A stretch of 64,000 bases of DNA, taken from contig CACJIJ010000001.1 of assembly GCA_902593445.1 (NCBI GenBank), positions 15,069 through 79,068 of the forward strand. The letters run 5' to 3'. A program made the position numbers and the translations under genes. Shown in pieces: positions 8,727-18,583 of this stretch. The stretch comes from an uncultured Pelagibacteraceae bacterium. GTDB taxonomy: Bacteria > Pseudomonadota > Alphaproteobacteria > Pelagibacterales > Pelagibacteraceae. Positions within the stretch are counted from its first letter, which is position 1; each line of letters starts with the position of its first letter. The notes below the pieces were generated by a model. It worked only from the letters and a program-made list of their open reading frames with translations, did not search any database and was not told the DNA's origin.

Positions 8727-9393
8727 AAATATCCAGATCAGTTAAATGATAAAATTCTTTTTGGCTTTCATAACCAAATAATTTTTTTTTATCTAATAAA
8801 TTATTCCAAATTTCCAAAATTGAGTAGTTTTCTATTTTCTCTTTAATAAATAATTTTTTATTAATTATTTGACAACCAATATAAATAAATTTTTTTTCAG
8901 CCTCTTTGTTAATTAAATTATTTTTTAAATTGAAATCTCCTTTTAACTTTTTATCAAAACTTAATTTTTTATTTGCTAAGAGAAGAATGTTTTCTAATTT
9001 TTCAGAAAAATACATTTTTTCCATTTTTAATATCTCGTCTTTATAGTCATTACTCCAGATTGTATCTGGATTAAAAATTAAAAAATCTTTTTCATTAGAA
9101 TCTTTAATCATATTTTGAATACCTCCACCTGTATCTAAAATAAGCTCACCATCCTCTATTATTTTGATATCTAGATTAAAATTTTTACTGTTTAAAAAAA
9201 CTGAAAATTGATCCTTTAAATAAAAAGTATTTATTAAGATTTTTTGAATACCTAGTTTTTCGATTAAATTAATGCATCTCTCCAGCATACTTACATCTTT
9301 AATCTCTAATAAGGGCTTAGGAGTATTTAAAGTAATTGGATTTAATCTCTTACCAAAACCTGCGCACAAAATCAGAGCTGTATTTATTTTCAC
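8704..9393 (-). CDS. murU: Nucleotidyltransferase, probable MurNAc-alpha-1-phosphate uridylyltransferase
   Basis: LCAGFGKRLNPIT...PKPLL, DTGGGI; tsaE-amgK-murU synteny; GTG start. Confidence 0.75.
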   Translation of the reverse strand: MKINTALILCAGFGKRLNPITLNTPKPLLEIKDVSMLERCINLIEKLGIQKILINTFYLKDQFSVFLNSKNFNLDIKIIEDGELILDTGGGIQNMIKDSNEKDFLIFNPDTIWSNDYKDEILKMEKMYFSEKLENILLLANKKLSFDKKLKGDFNLKNNLINKEAEKKFIYIGCQIINKKLFIKEKIENYSILEIWNNLLDKKKLFGYESQKEFYHLTDLDIFKKLKDL

Positions 9394-9397
9394 AACT

Positions 9398-10345
9398 CTA
9401 CCTTATAAATTTTGGAAAATTATTTTTTAATAGCAACATCAAATTATTGAATTCATTTTGCTCTTTAATTCTATGATTAATCATTTCCCAAGCGTAGGGA
9501 ATTAATTTAAGATATTTTTTTTTATTATCTCTAACAGCTAAACGCATAAATATACCAATTATTTTTAAATTCCTTAAAACAGATAATATTTCAAAATCCT
9601 TTTTAAATTTTTTCAAATCAATTTTTTTATTTGTTTTAATGTAAAACTTAAATACTTTGTTTTTTAATTCATTAGATGTTTTTAATCTTACATCGTCAAT
9701 TAAAGATGCTAAATCGTAAGCTCTATTGCCAATTAATGCATCTTGACTATCTATTACTGCAATTTTTTTATTTTGATACATCAAGTTTGAAACATGAAAA
9801 TCTCTATGAACAAAAGTAACATTCTTATAATTTAATTTTGACAATAAGTTTTTTATTTCTAATTTAAATTTTTTTTTAAATTTAATACTTTTTAAATTAG
9901 ATAATATTTTTGGCGCATACCAGTCACAAAAAAGTTTAGTTTCTTCAAATAAAATTTTGTTATTGTATTCTTGAACTTTATATAATTTATTTTTAAAATT
10001 TTTTACTTTTTTATCTTTTATTAATTGGATTTTATTTAAAATTTTTATTATCTTTTTAAATATCATATATTTATTATTCTTTTTGTTTTTTAAAATTTGA
10101 AACAGAGTTTGGTCTCCAAAGTCATTAATTTCTATATAATTATTAATATAATTTTCGCTTAAGAGCCTTGGTGCTAAAATGTTATTTTTAAGTAAAATTT
10201 TATTTATCGCATCATAAATTAAAAGATTTTTTAACTTTTCTTTATTAGATATTACTACAATTGATTTATTTTCTTTTTTTCTATAAAATTCTCTAAAAGA
10301 TGCGTCACCTTTTATTTTTTTCAATTTTGCTAAGCTTTTCATCAA
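9398..10345 (-). CDS. amgK: APH-fold anomeric MurNAc/GlcNAc kinase
   Basis: GDASFREFYR, HRDFH..NLM, ID.QDA, YDLASL, R.LKI.GIF.RL..RD.K..YL; lies between tsaE and murU. Confidence 0.8.
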   Translation of the reverse strand: MMKSLAKLKKIKGDASFREFYRKKENKSIVVISNKEKLKNLLIYDAINKILLKNNILAPRLLSENYINNYIEINDFGDQTLFQILKNKKNNKYMIFKKIIKILNKIQLIKDKKVKNFKNKLYKVQEYNNKILFEETKLFCDWYAPKILSNLKSIKFKKKFKLEIKNLLSKLNYKNVTFVHRDFHVSNLMYQNKKIAVIDSQDALIGNRAYDLASLIDDVRLKTSNELKNKVFKFYIKTNKKIDLKKFKKDFEILSVLRNLKIIGIFMRLAVRDNKKKYLKLIPYAWEMINHRIKEQNEFNNLMLLLKNNFPKFIR

Positions 10346-10358
10346 AATAAGTTTTAGT

Positions 10359-10808
10359 TTAAACTTTTATATCTACACTTCTATCATTTAAATCATTTAA
10401 ATAATTAAAAGTTAAAGCTATAAATTTTATATCTTTTTTATCAGCAATTAATTGTGGCCATTCTATAAGAGTTATTAATTTATTATCTTTTTCAAAAATA
10501 TCTAAATTATTTATATCTTCTTTCCTATTGATTCTAAATAAATCATAGTGTTTTATTCTTATATCTTTCACTTGATACTCATTTAATAAACTAAAAGTAG
10601 GGCTTGTAATTTCTGTTTGTTTTAAATTATTTATTTTTTGGTACTCATTTATAAAATATTTAACAAAGGTAGTTTTACCAACACCCATCTCTCCATATAA
10701 AAAAACGAACTCACCGCCTTTGAGATGTTTTGTAAATTCTTTAGCTAATTCTTTAGTTAACTTCTCTGAAGTGATATCAATTTTGCTATCTTTAATAGCG
10801 ATAGGCAT
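10359..10808 (-). CDS. tsaE: tRNA t6A biosynthesis ATPase
   Basis: [21 protein letters not shown]; start taken as ATG 10808 (overlaps the ahcY end; exact start uncertain). Confidence 0.9.
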   Translation of the reverse strand: MPIAIKDSKIDITSEKLTKELAKEFTKHLKGGEFVFLYGEMGVGKTTFVKYFINEYQKINNLKQTEITSPTFSLLNEYQVKDIRIKHYDLFRINRKEDINNLDIFEKDNKLITLIEWPQLIADKKDIKFIALTFNYLNDLNDRSVDIKV

Positions 10809-12078
10809 CTGGTTTGAAAGGACCTTCTGTTCCAACGCTTATATAATCTGCTTGTTCTTTAGATAATTTTGTTAGTTTTGCCCCAACTTTTTTTAAATGC
10901 AAAGTTGCTACTTTTTCATCTAAATGTTTTGGAAGCACGTAAACTTTATTTTCATAATTTTTATGATTATGCCAAAGTTCTATTTGAGCAATAACTTGAT
11001 TAGTAAATGAAGCACTCATTACAAAACTTGGGTGTCCAGTTGCACAACCAAGATTAACCAATCTTCCTTCTGCTAAAAGAATAATTCTTTTTCCACTTGG
11101 TAACTCTATTTCATGTACTTGAGGTTTTACTTCAGTCCACTTATAATTTTTAAGAGCTTCAACTTGTATTTCATTATCAAAGTGACCAATATTACATAAG
11201 ATTGCTCTATCCTTCATATCTCTCATATGATCTGCGGTAACAATATCTTTATTACCTGTTGCTGTTACAACAATGTCAGCTCTACTTATAGCTTCTTCCA
11301 TTAATACCACCTCATAACCTTCCATTGCAGCTTGTAGAGCACAAATTGGATCTGCCTCAGTAACTAAAACTCTTGCACCACTTTGTCTTAAAGATGCAGC
11401 ACTTCCTTTTCCAACGTCTCCAAAACCGGCAACAATTGCAATTTTTCCAGACATCATTACATCAGTAGCTCTTCTTATTCCGTCAACTAAGCTTTCTCTG
11501 CATCCATATAAATTATCAAATTTTGATTTTGTAACAGAGTCATTCACGTTTATTGCTGGTACTAAAAGCGATTTATCTTTTTCCATTTTATTAAGTGCTT
11601 TAATTCCAGTGGTAGTCTCTTCTGAAACACCCTTTATATCTTTCATTAAATCCTGATATTCATTGTGCATGATAGCTGTTAAATCTCCACCATCATCTAA
11701 TAACATGTTTGGTTTCCAATCTGGTTTTCCAATTATAGTTTGTTTAATACACCATAAATATTCCTCTTCTGTTTCACCTTTCCAAGCGTAAACAGGAATC
11801 CCAGCTTTAGCGATGGCTGCAGCTGCATGATCTTGAGTTGAAAAAATATTACAAGAAGACCATCTCACTTCAGCACCCAATGCAACTAAAGTTTCAATTA
11901 ATACAGCTGTTTGAATTGTCATATGAAGACATCCTATAATTCTTGCACCCTTTAATGGTTTCTCTTTAGAATACTCTTCTCTTAAAGCCATTAAACCAGG
12001 CATTTCACTTTCAGCTATTGATATTTCTTTCCTACCAAATTCAGCTTCAGCTATGTCTTTTACTTTATAATCTTCCAT
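10792..12078 (-). CDS. ahcY: Adenosylhomocysteinase
   Basis: [61 protein letters not shown]. Confidence 0.98.
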   Translation of the reverse strand: MEDYKVKDIAEAEFGRKEISIAESEMPGLMALREEYSKEKPLKGARIIGCLHMTIQTAVLIETLVALGAEVRWSSCNIFSTQDHAAAAIAKAGIPVYAWKGETEEEYLWCIKQTIIGKPDWKPNMLLDDGGDLTAIMHNEYQDLMKDIKGVSEETTTGIKALNKMEKDKSLLVPAINVNDSVTKSKFDNLYGCRESLVDGIRRATDVMMSGKIAIVAGFGDVGKGSAASLRQSGARVLVTEADPICALQAAMEGYEVVLMEEAISRADIVVTATGNKDIVTADHMRDMKDRAILCNIGHFDNEIQVEALKNYKWTEVKPQVHEIELPSGKRIILLAEGRLVNLGCATGHPSFVMSASFTNQVIAQIELWHNHKNYENKVYVLPKHLDEKVATLHLKKVGAKLTKLSKEQADYISVGTEGPFKPDAYRY

Positions 12079-12085
12079 GGCAAGC

Positions 12086-12113
12086 TTTATACAGCTAAGT
12101 ATTTATTTATCAA
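12086..12113 (-). promoter_or_regulatory. Putative sigma70 promoter for ahcY (leaderless geometry)
   Basis: Minus strand TTGATA-N16-TATAAA, 7 nt before the ATG; no Shine-Dalgarno. Confidence 0.5.
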
Positions 12114-12120
12114 GACAAGA

Positions 12121-13662
12121 TTAAACATTGGGAAATCTTATCTCTATCATTGCTCCTTCTTTATCAATACGATTAGATGCTACAATTTCACCATCATGAA
12201 GTTCAACCAAATTTTTTACTATATTTAAACCTAGGCCTGAATGTTCTCCAAATTTTTCAGGTCTATTACTATAAAATCTTTTAAATATTCTTGATGTATC
12301 TTTTTCTTTAAATCCTTGTCCCTCATCAATAATTTTGATTGATATTTTATTTTTTTCATTAATAGAAACATCAACAAAAACATTACCACCATCTTTACTG
12401 AACGATATTGAATTATCTAATAAATTTGCAATGATCTGTTCAATTCTATTTTCTATACCATTTATTGTATATTGTTTTTTTCCGTCGTTTTTATACTCAA
12501 CTTTAATTCCTTTTTTCACTTGATGGATATTATTATAATCATCGACAACTGATTGAATAATAGGTTCAACATTAATTTTTTTCATTTTTTCTTTACTTAA
12601 AGCAACTTCATCCTTTAATATTTGTGAATAATCAGTAATTAATCTTTCTATTCTTTGTACGTCGTGACTAAGTATATTTAATAATCTATTTCTTTGTTCG
12701 TTATCATTTGTATCTTGTAAAATTTCTGATGCACTTTTTAAAGATGCTAATGGATTTCTAATCTCATGAACTAAATCTGTTGAAAAGTTTTCCGCATGCG
12801 TAACTCTATTTTGAAGCTCATTTGTCATATCCTCTAGAGAATTAGATAAAAGTCCCAATTCGTCATTCCTTTTTTTAAGATTTTCGATACCTATTTTGGC
12901 TTGACTTTTTTCTTTAATACGAATTGTATATCCAACAAGATTTTGTATTGGTTTAATGAAATATCTGCTTAACACAAAAGAAAAAATTAATATTACAAAT
13001 CCTACAGATATAGCTGTTCTAATTACAAATGCTTTTCTCTCATCTATAGCTGTCTTTATTTCATTAGCATTTTCTGTAATAGCTACATAACCAAGATTAA
13101 TTTCATTCTTTGTAACATTTTTAATTGTTGTTACATTAAATTGATTAAAGTCTTCTTGCGTAAATGTATATGGAGTTCCTAAATTTTCAGAACTAGAATA
13201 ATTCTTTAATATATCTTTAAATGTAACAGGTTTTTTTTCATCAATTTTTATATTTTTATTCTCAATAGTTTTTTCTATTTCCTCATTATCTAAACTTTCA
13301 AATTCAATTTTATCGAGCCTTGTAGAAAATGATCTTGGATCAAGATCTAAAGTATCAGTGTCTCCAATAAGGTTAAGTTGATCATCAAAAAATATTACTC
13401 TATCTAAATTTTGAAAAATAAACCTTGTGGAAAATAAAAATCTTCTAATATCATCAGATTCGAATTTAACATCTAGCCTTAAAATATTATCAATCGTGTT
13501 ATTAATAATGTTTGAATGACTTTGAGATTTTTTTTTTATCAAACTTGGCTGAATATTATGCAGATATATAAATGTAAATAATCCAATAATTGTAAAAATT
13601 ACAAAATTTATAAATAAAAATTTTTTTAATATAGAGAGAGTTTTTAAGTATTTACTAAACAT
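12121..13662 (-). CDS. chvG: Sensor histidine kinase ChvG/ExoS
   Basis: Two TMs, HAMP (R.DELG.L), H-box HEIRNPLASL, N-box NLLDNSISFS, RFYS.RP..FG.HSGLGL; adjacent to chvI. Confidence 0.9.
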   Translation of the reverse strand: MFSKYLKTLSILKKFLFINFVIFTIIGLFTFIYLHNIQPSLIKKKSQSHSNIINNTIDNILRLDVKFESDDIRRFLFSTRFIFQNLDRVIFFDDQLNLIGDTDTLDLDPRSFSTRLDKIEFESLDNEEIEKTIENKNIKIDEKKPVTFKDILKNYSSSENLGTPYTFTQEDFNQFNVTTIKNVTKNEINLGYVAITENANEIKTAIDERKAFVIRTAISVGFVILIFSFVLSRYFIKPIQNLVGYTIRIKEKSQAKIGIENLKKRNDELGLLSNSLEDMTNELQNRVTHAENFSTDLVHEIRNPLASLKSASEILQDTNDNEQRNRLLNILSHDVQRIERLITDYSQILKDEVALSKEKMKKINVEPIIQSVVDDYNNIHQVKKGIKVEYKNDGKKQYTINGIENRIEQIIANLLDNSISFSKDGGNVFVDVSINEKNKISIKIIDEGQGFKEKDTSRIFKRFYSNRPEKFGEHSGLGLNIVKNLVELHDGEIVASNRIDKEGAMIEIRFPNV

Positions 13663-14369
13663 TAGCTAACATTCCATCTATATCCACTACCATACCTAGT
13701 TTCAATAGCTGAAAAATCAGGATCTACTTTTTTAAATTTTTTTCTAATTCGTTTTACGTGACTATCAATAGTTCTATCCTCAATATCTGTATCCTCTCGG
13801 TAAGCTATATCCATAAGCTGAGCTCTTTCTTTAATTATACCGGGCCTCTTTGCCAATTCTTTAACGATTAAAAACTCAGTTGTCGTCAATTTATCAGGCA
13901 GCTGTTTTCCGTTCCATTCACACTCGAGTTGTGATGGATCTAATTTTAATTTTCCATGAGATATCAGGCTTTTATTTTCCTCTAGAATATTATTTGAATC
14001 TTTTTTTCTTAACTGTACTCTAATTCGTTCAATTAAAACTTTTATGGAAAAACCTCCTGATTTTTTTACAAAATCATCTGCGCCCAGCTTTAGACCTAAC
14101 AACTCATCAATTTCATCATCTTTAGATGTTAAAAAAATTACTGGTAAGGAAGTTTTTTTTCGAAGTTTTTTTAGTAATTCTTCTCCATCCATCTTAGGCA
14201 TCTTTATATCTATGACTGCTAAGTCAGGTGGCATTCTGGTTAAACCGATTAATGCGCTTTCACCATCAATGTATGTTTGAACTTTAAAACCCTCTTTTTC
14301 CAATGCGATACTCAAACTTGTTAAAATATTTCTATCATCATCAATTAAAGCTATTGTTTGTTTTTGCAT
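13662..14369 (-). CDS. chvI: OmpR-family response regulator ChvI
   Basis: IALIDDDRNILTS, DIKMP.MDG.ELL, FLTSKD.E.DE..GL..GADDF, DRTIDSHVKRIRKKF. Confidence 0.93.
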   Translation of the reverse strand: MQKQTIALIDDDRNILTSLSIALEKEGFKVQTYIDGESALIGLTRMPPDLAVIDIKMPKMDGEELLKKLRKKTSLPVIFLTSKDDEIDELLGLKLGADDFVKKSGGFSIKVLIERIRVQLRKKDSNNILEENKSLISHGKLKLDPSQLECEWNGKQLPDKLTTTEFLIVKELAKRPGIIKERAQLMDIAYREDTDIEDRTIDSHVKRIRKKFKKVDPDFSAIETRYGSGYRWNVS

Positions 14370-14419
14370 AAAGTAGTTTAAAAATACTAAATTGTCCTAA
14401 TTTGGGCAATGTTATAAAT

Positions 14420-17194
14420 TTAATGTAACATACCCCAATTATCTCCAACATTAATATCAACTGTTAAAGGAGTTGAAAAAGAATGATAATCACTCTGAGC
14501 TACACTGGTCATTTCTTTCTCAATTAATTTAATCATTACTTTTTCATCTTTTTTTGGAATTTCAAAAATTAATTCATCATGAATTTGCAAGAGCATTTTT
14601 GAATTAGAATTTTTTTCCTCTGATAATTTCTTATCCAATCTTATCATAGCTAATCTCATTACTTCAGAAGCAGAACCTTGAATGGGAGCATTAATTGCAG
14701 CACGTTCTTGAAAATTTCTTACATTAAAGTTTTTGTCATTTATTCCATTAAAGTGAGATCTTCGTCCAAAAATATTGTTAACATATCCACTTTTCCTACA
14801 AAATTTAATTGTATTATCCATATAAACTTTAATTTCTGGAAACTTAGCAAAATATGAATTCAAAAATTCCTCAGCTTCATAATTAGAAACATTTATTTGC
14901 TTAGCTAATCCATATTGTGAAATTCCATAAATAATTCCAAAATTAATAGCCTTAGCCTTTCGTCTGTGATCTTGATTAACTTTTTTGATATCAATATTAA
15001 ATATTTGGCTAGCTGTTAAAGAGTGAATATCTTCTTTATTTGTAAAAGCTTTTTTCAGTTCTTTTACATCTGCCAGGTCTGCTAAAATTCTCATCTCAAT
15101 TTGATTGTAATCCGCAGAAATTAATAGGTGTCCTTTTTTTGCAGTGAAAGCTTTTCTTATATCTTTTCCATCTTCTGATTTAATTGGTATGTTTTGTAAG
15201 TTGGGATCACTAGATGCTAGTCTTCCAGTCGTTGTAGCAGCCAGCAAAAACGAAGTATGAACTCTTTTTGTATTAGGGTTTAAATGTTCAGGTAAAGCAT
15301 CTGAATAAGTATTTTTTAATTTTGAAACTTGTCTCCAGTCTAAAATTAATTTTGGAAACTCATGACCTTTAAAAGCTAAATCCTCTAAAACACTTGCACT
15401 TGTTGCAAAACTTCCTTTTTTAGTTTTCTTTAAACCAGCTATTTTCAAGTCATTATAAATTATCTCTCCTAATTGCTTTGGGGATGCAATATTGAACTCT
15501 TTTTTAGAAATTTTAAATACTTCTTTTTCAAGTTTTTGGATTTTTTTTTCAAATTTAGATGAAAGAGATTTTAAAAACTTACTATCAATTTCAACTCCCT
15601 CTATTTCCATAAATGCAAGAATTTTAATTAATGGCTTTTCAAAAATTTCATAGATATTTATCATTTTTTCTGATTTTAAATTTTTGATAAATTTCTTGTA
15701 TAATCTAAAAGTAACATCGGCATCTTCAGCAGCGTAATCTTTTGCTTTATCTAATTCTACTTCGCTAAAATTAATTTCTTTCTTGCCTGTTCCTACCATG
15801 TCTTTAAAAGAAATAGTTTTATGTCCTAAATGAATTTCTGATAAAGTATCCATATTATGTCTATTTTTTCCTGCATCTAAGACATAAGACATCAGCATTG
15901 TATCTTCCATTGATGAAAGCGTTATTCCACACTTATAAAGTACGATAAAATCAAATTTTATATTTTGACCTATTTTTTTTATACTAGGATCTTCTAGTAT
16001 TTTTTTTAATTTTTTAATTACTGCATCTTTTTTAAGACACTTAGGTGACTTATGACCAACTGGTATGTAACATGCTTTTCCAATTTTAGAACAGAGAGAA
16101 ATACCCACTAAATCTGCTTGGTGAGGATCTAATGAGGTTGTTTCCGTATCAACAGCAACTTCACCAACTTCTTCTGCCTCTTCTATCCATTTATCAATTT
16201 CATCTAAGCTATTAATTAAGTAATAATTTTTATTATTTATCGTTTGTTGTTTTTCTAGATTTTGAGTTTCAATCTTGTTACTTTCTAGTTCAGGTTCTCC
16301 ATAAGCAGAAATTGCAGAACTTAACAACCTGTTAAATTCCATTTCTCTTAAAAATTTATATAATTTATCTTTATCTATATTTTGCAATTTAAATTCACTT
16401 AACTCTCTATTAACAGGAGAGTTGTGATCTAGTGATACAAGTTTTTTACTTATTAATGCTTTATCCTTGTTTTCTATTAATGTTTCTCTTCTTTTATTTT
16501 GCTTAATCTCATTAGCAGATTTTAGTAAATTTTCTAAAGTGCCATATTTGTTAATTAGCTCTGCAGCTGTCTTAACACCTATCCCTGGAACACCAGGAAC
16601 ATTATCACTACTATCTCCTGCTAAAGATTGCACATCAATAACTTTTGAAGCATCTACTCCAAATTTTTTTAAGACATCATCGTCAGTTATAAATTTGTTT
16701 TTCATGGGGTCAAAAATTCGAACCCCTTTTTTGTAAAGCTGCATTAAATCTTTATCTGATGAGACAATTGTAACTTTTGCACCTTTTTTAAGGATTTGAT
16801 CAACATATGTGGCTATTAAGTCATCTGCTTCATAATTAGGAAGATCCACAGATGGTAAATTGAATGCTAGTACTGATTTTCTTATATACTCAAATTGAGG
16901 AGCCAAATCATCAGGCGCCTCTGACCTATTAGCTTTGTAATCACTATAAATTTCATTTCTGAAAGTTTTTCTTGCTGAGTCAAATATTACTGCAAAATGT
17001 GTTGGTTTTTGTAGGTTTTGATCAGATTTTGAGTCCTCTAATAATTTAAATAACATACTGCAAAAACCACTTACGGCACCTGTTGGAAGTCCATCACTTT
17101 TTCTAGTCAATGGAGGCAAAGCATAATAAGCTCTAAAAATATAACCAGAGCCATCAATCAAATAAAAATGATCTGTTTTTTGAATTTTATTCAT
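14420..17194 (-). CDS. polA: DNA polymerase I
   Basis: LIDGSGYIFRAYYA (5' nuclease), DTET (3'-5' exonuclease), TGRLASSDPNLQNIP, ADYNQIEMR, RRKAKAINFGIIYG, QIHDEL. Confidence 0.98.
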   Translation of the reverse strand: MNKIQKTDHFYLIDGSGYIFRAYYALPPLTRKSDGLPTGAVSGFCSMLFKLLEDSKSDQNLQKPTHFAVIFDSARKTFRNEIYSDYKANRSEAPDDLAPQFEYIRKSVLAFNLPSVDLPNYEADDLIATYVDQILKKGAKVTIVSSDKDLMQLYKKGVRIFDPMKNKFITDDDVLKKFGVDASKVIDVQSLAGDSSDNVPGVPGIGVKTAAELINKYGTLENLLKSANEIKQNKRRETLIENKDKALISKKLVSLDHNSPVNRELSEFKLQNIDKDKLYKFLREMEFNRLLSSAISAYGEPELESNKIETQNLEKQQTINNKNYYLINSLDEIDKWIEEAEEVGEVAVDTETTSLDPHQADLVGISLCSKIGKACYIPVGHKSPKCLKKDAVIKKLKKILEDPSIKKIGQNIKFDFIVLYKCGITLSSMEDTMLMSYVLDAGKNRHNMDTLSEIHLGHKTISFKDMVGTGKKEINFSEVELDKAKDYAAEDADVTFRLYKKFIKNLKSEKMINIYEIFEKPLIKILAFMEIEGVEIDSKFLKSLSSKFEKKIQKLEKEVFKISKKEFNIASPKQLGEIIYNDLKIAGLKKTKKGSFATSASVLEDLAFKGHEFPKLILDWRQVSKLKNTYSDALPEHLNPNTKRVHTSFLLAATTTGRLASSDPNLQNIPIKSEDGKDIRKAFTAKKGHLLISADYNQIEMRILADLADVKELKKAFTNKEDIHSLTASQIFNIDIKKVNQDHRRKAKAINFGIIYGISQYGLAKQINVSNYEAEEFLNSYFAKFPEIKVYMDNTIKFCRKSGYVNNIFGRRSHFNGINDKNFNVRNFQERAAINAPIQGSASEVMRLAMIRLDKKLSEEKNSNSKMLLQIHDELIFEIPKKDEKVMIKLIEKEMTSVAQSDYHSFSTPLTVDINVGDNWGMLH

Positions 17195-17308
17195 TAAGTA
17201 TTATTAAATATTACAATGCTAACATATTCTGTATATAAAAAAATTTACTTTCAATTATTATAACAATTAGAAGTAGATTATTTTTTATATTTTGAGTATT
17301 ATTTAACA

Positions 17309-17860
17309 ATGGAATTAACAAAAAATCTCACGCAAGCTAAACTATTTAAATCTCTGGTTGTTATTGTTCTTGGTTCAATTGCACTAACTATATCAGCAAA
17401 GATCAAAATTCCTTTCTATCCGGTTCCAATGACTATGCAAACATTTGTTGTATTGTTTTTAGGAATAAGTTTAGGTCATAAAATTGCACTTGCTACAATT
17501 GGTCTGTATTTAATTGAGGGAATTGCTGGACTTCCTGTATTTTCAAATTCTCCTGAAAAAGGTATTGGATTTGTTTACTTTACCGGACCAACCATGGGTT
17601 ATTTAATTGGTTTTTTAACGGCGGGTTACTTAGCTTCTAAAATAAAGATTGATGATAATTTTTTCCTTGTTTTATTTAAGTTAATTATCGCAACTTCAAC
17701 AATCTATATTTTGGGTCTAATTTGGCTTGGAACATTGGTTGGATGGGATAAGCCAGTTTTTACTTTAGGCGCAAAACCATTTCTTTTAGCTGAGATTTTT
17801 AAAATAATGCTTTTAGCTCTTTTGACTAAGCAAATAATTAAAATTAAAAAATTTATCTAG
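17309..17860 (+). CDS. bioY: Biotin transporter S component
   Basis: PFYPVPMTMQTF, YL.EG..GLPVF, GPTMGYLIGF, PF...E.FK. Confidence 0.9.
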   Translation: MELTKNLTQAKLFKSLVVIVLGSIALTISAKIKIPFYPVPMTMQTFVVLFLGISLGHKIALATIGLYLIEGIAGLPVFSNSPEKGIGFVYFTGPTMGYLIGFLTAGYLASKIKIDDNFFLVLFKLIIATSTIYILGLIWLGTLVGWDKPVFTLGAKPFLLAEIFKIMLLALLTKQIIKIKKFI

Positions 17861-18416
17861 GTGATCTTTTTGAAAGAATTCTTTGAAGAGTTCTTCTATG
17901 CATTTTAAGTCTTCTGGCTGTTTCTGAAACGTTCCTATTACATAACTCGAAAACTCTATGAATATGTTCCCACTTAACTCTATCAGCCGACATCGGGTTT
18001 TCTGGTGGAGCTGCTTTTTTTGAAGGATCTGCTAATAATGCTTTCTCTACATCTTCTGCATCAGCAGGTTTAGCTAAATAATCTATGGCACCTTCTTTTA
18101 TTGCAGCTACTGCAGTTGGGATGTTCCCATAACCGGTTAACATAATAATTCTGCTATTACTATTTGAAGATTGAATTTCTTTTACAACCTCGAGTCCATT
18201 ACCATCTCCAAGTCTTAAGTCAACAACCGCAAAACCAGGTTTTTTAGTTTTTACAGATTCAACTCCCCTTTGCACACTCTCAGCTTGAAAAACCTCAAAT
18301 CCCTTTTTTTCCATCGCTCTTGCTAAACGCTCACGAAAGGGATTATCGTCATCCACGATTAATAATGACTTATTCTCAAAATCGCTGAGATTCTGTAGTT
18401 TTGCTTCTTCTTTCAT
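17853..18416 (-). CDS. regA: ActR/PrrA/RegA redox response regulator
   Basis: VDLRL.DG.GL, LTGYGNI.TAV.A.K.GA.DYL.KP, PPENPMSADRV.WEHI.RVFELC.RNVSETARRL.MHRRTLQRIL.KRSPR. Confidence 0.95.
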   Translation of the reverse strand: MKEEAKLQNLSDFENKSLLIVDDDNPFRERLARAMEKKGFEVFQAESVQRGVESVKTKKPGFAVVDLRLGDGNGLEVVKEIQSSNSNSRIIMLTGYGNIPTAVAAIKEGAIDYLAKPADAEDVEKALLADPSKKAAPPENPMSADRVKWEHIHRVFELCNRNVSETARRLKMHRRTLQRILSKRSPR

Positions 18417-18423
18417 GTCCCTT

Positions 18424-18450
18424 ATATGGGGTCTCTACAAGATATTACAA
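18424..18450 (-). promoter_or_regulatory. Putative RpoH (sigma32)-like promoter of regA
   Basis: Minus strand TTGTAA-N13-CCCCATAT, 7 nt before the ATG. Confidence 0.45.
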
Positions 18451-18583
18451 TATATGAATTTTGAACATTTCTGGCTTGAATTATTTGCTTTACATTAGTG
18501 TTGTTTTCTTTATATGCGACAAAATATGAAAGTTTTTTTTAAAAAGACTTTTTTTTATTAAATTTTTTTTGGAGGCATTTAAG

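Noticed and set aside
12079-12120. Possible SAH or SAM/SAH riboswitch upstream of ahcY
   Set aside because: The gap is only 42 bp, filled by promoter-like elements, with no recognisable aptamer motif
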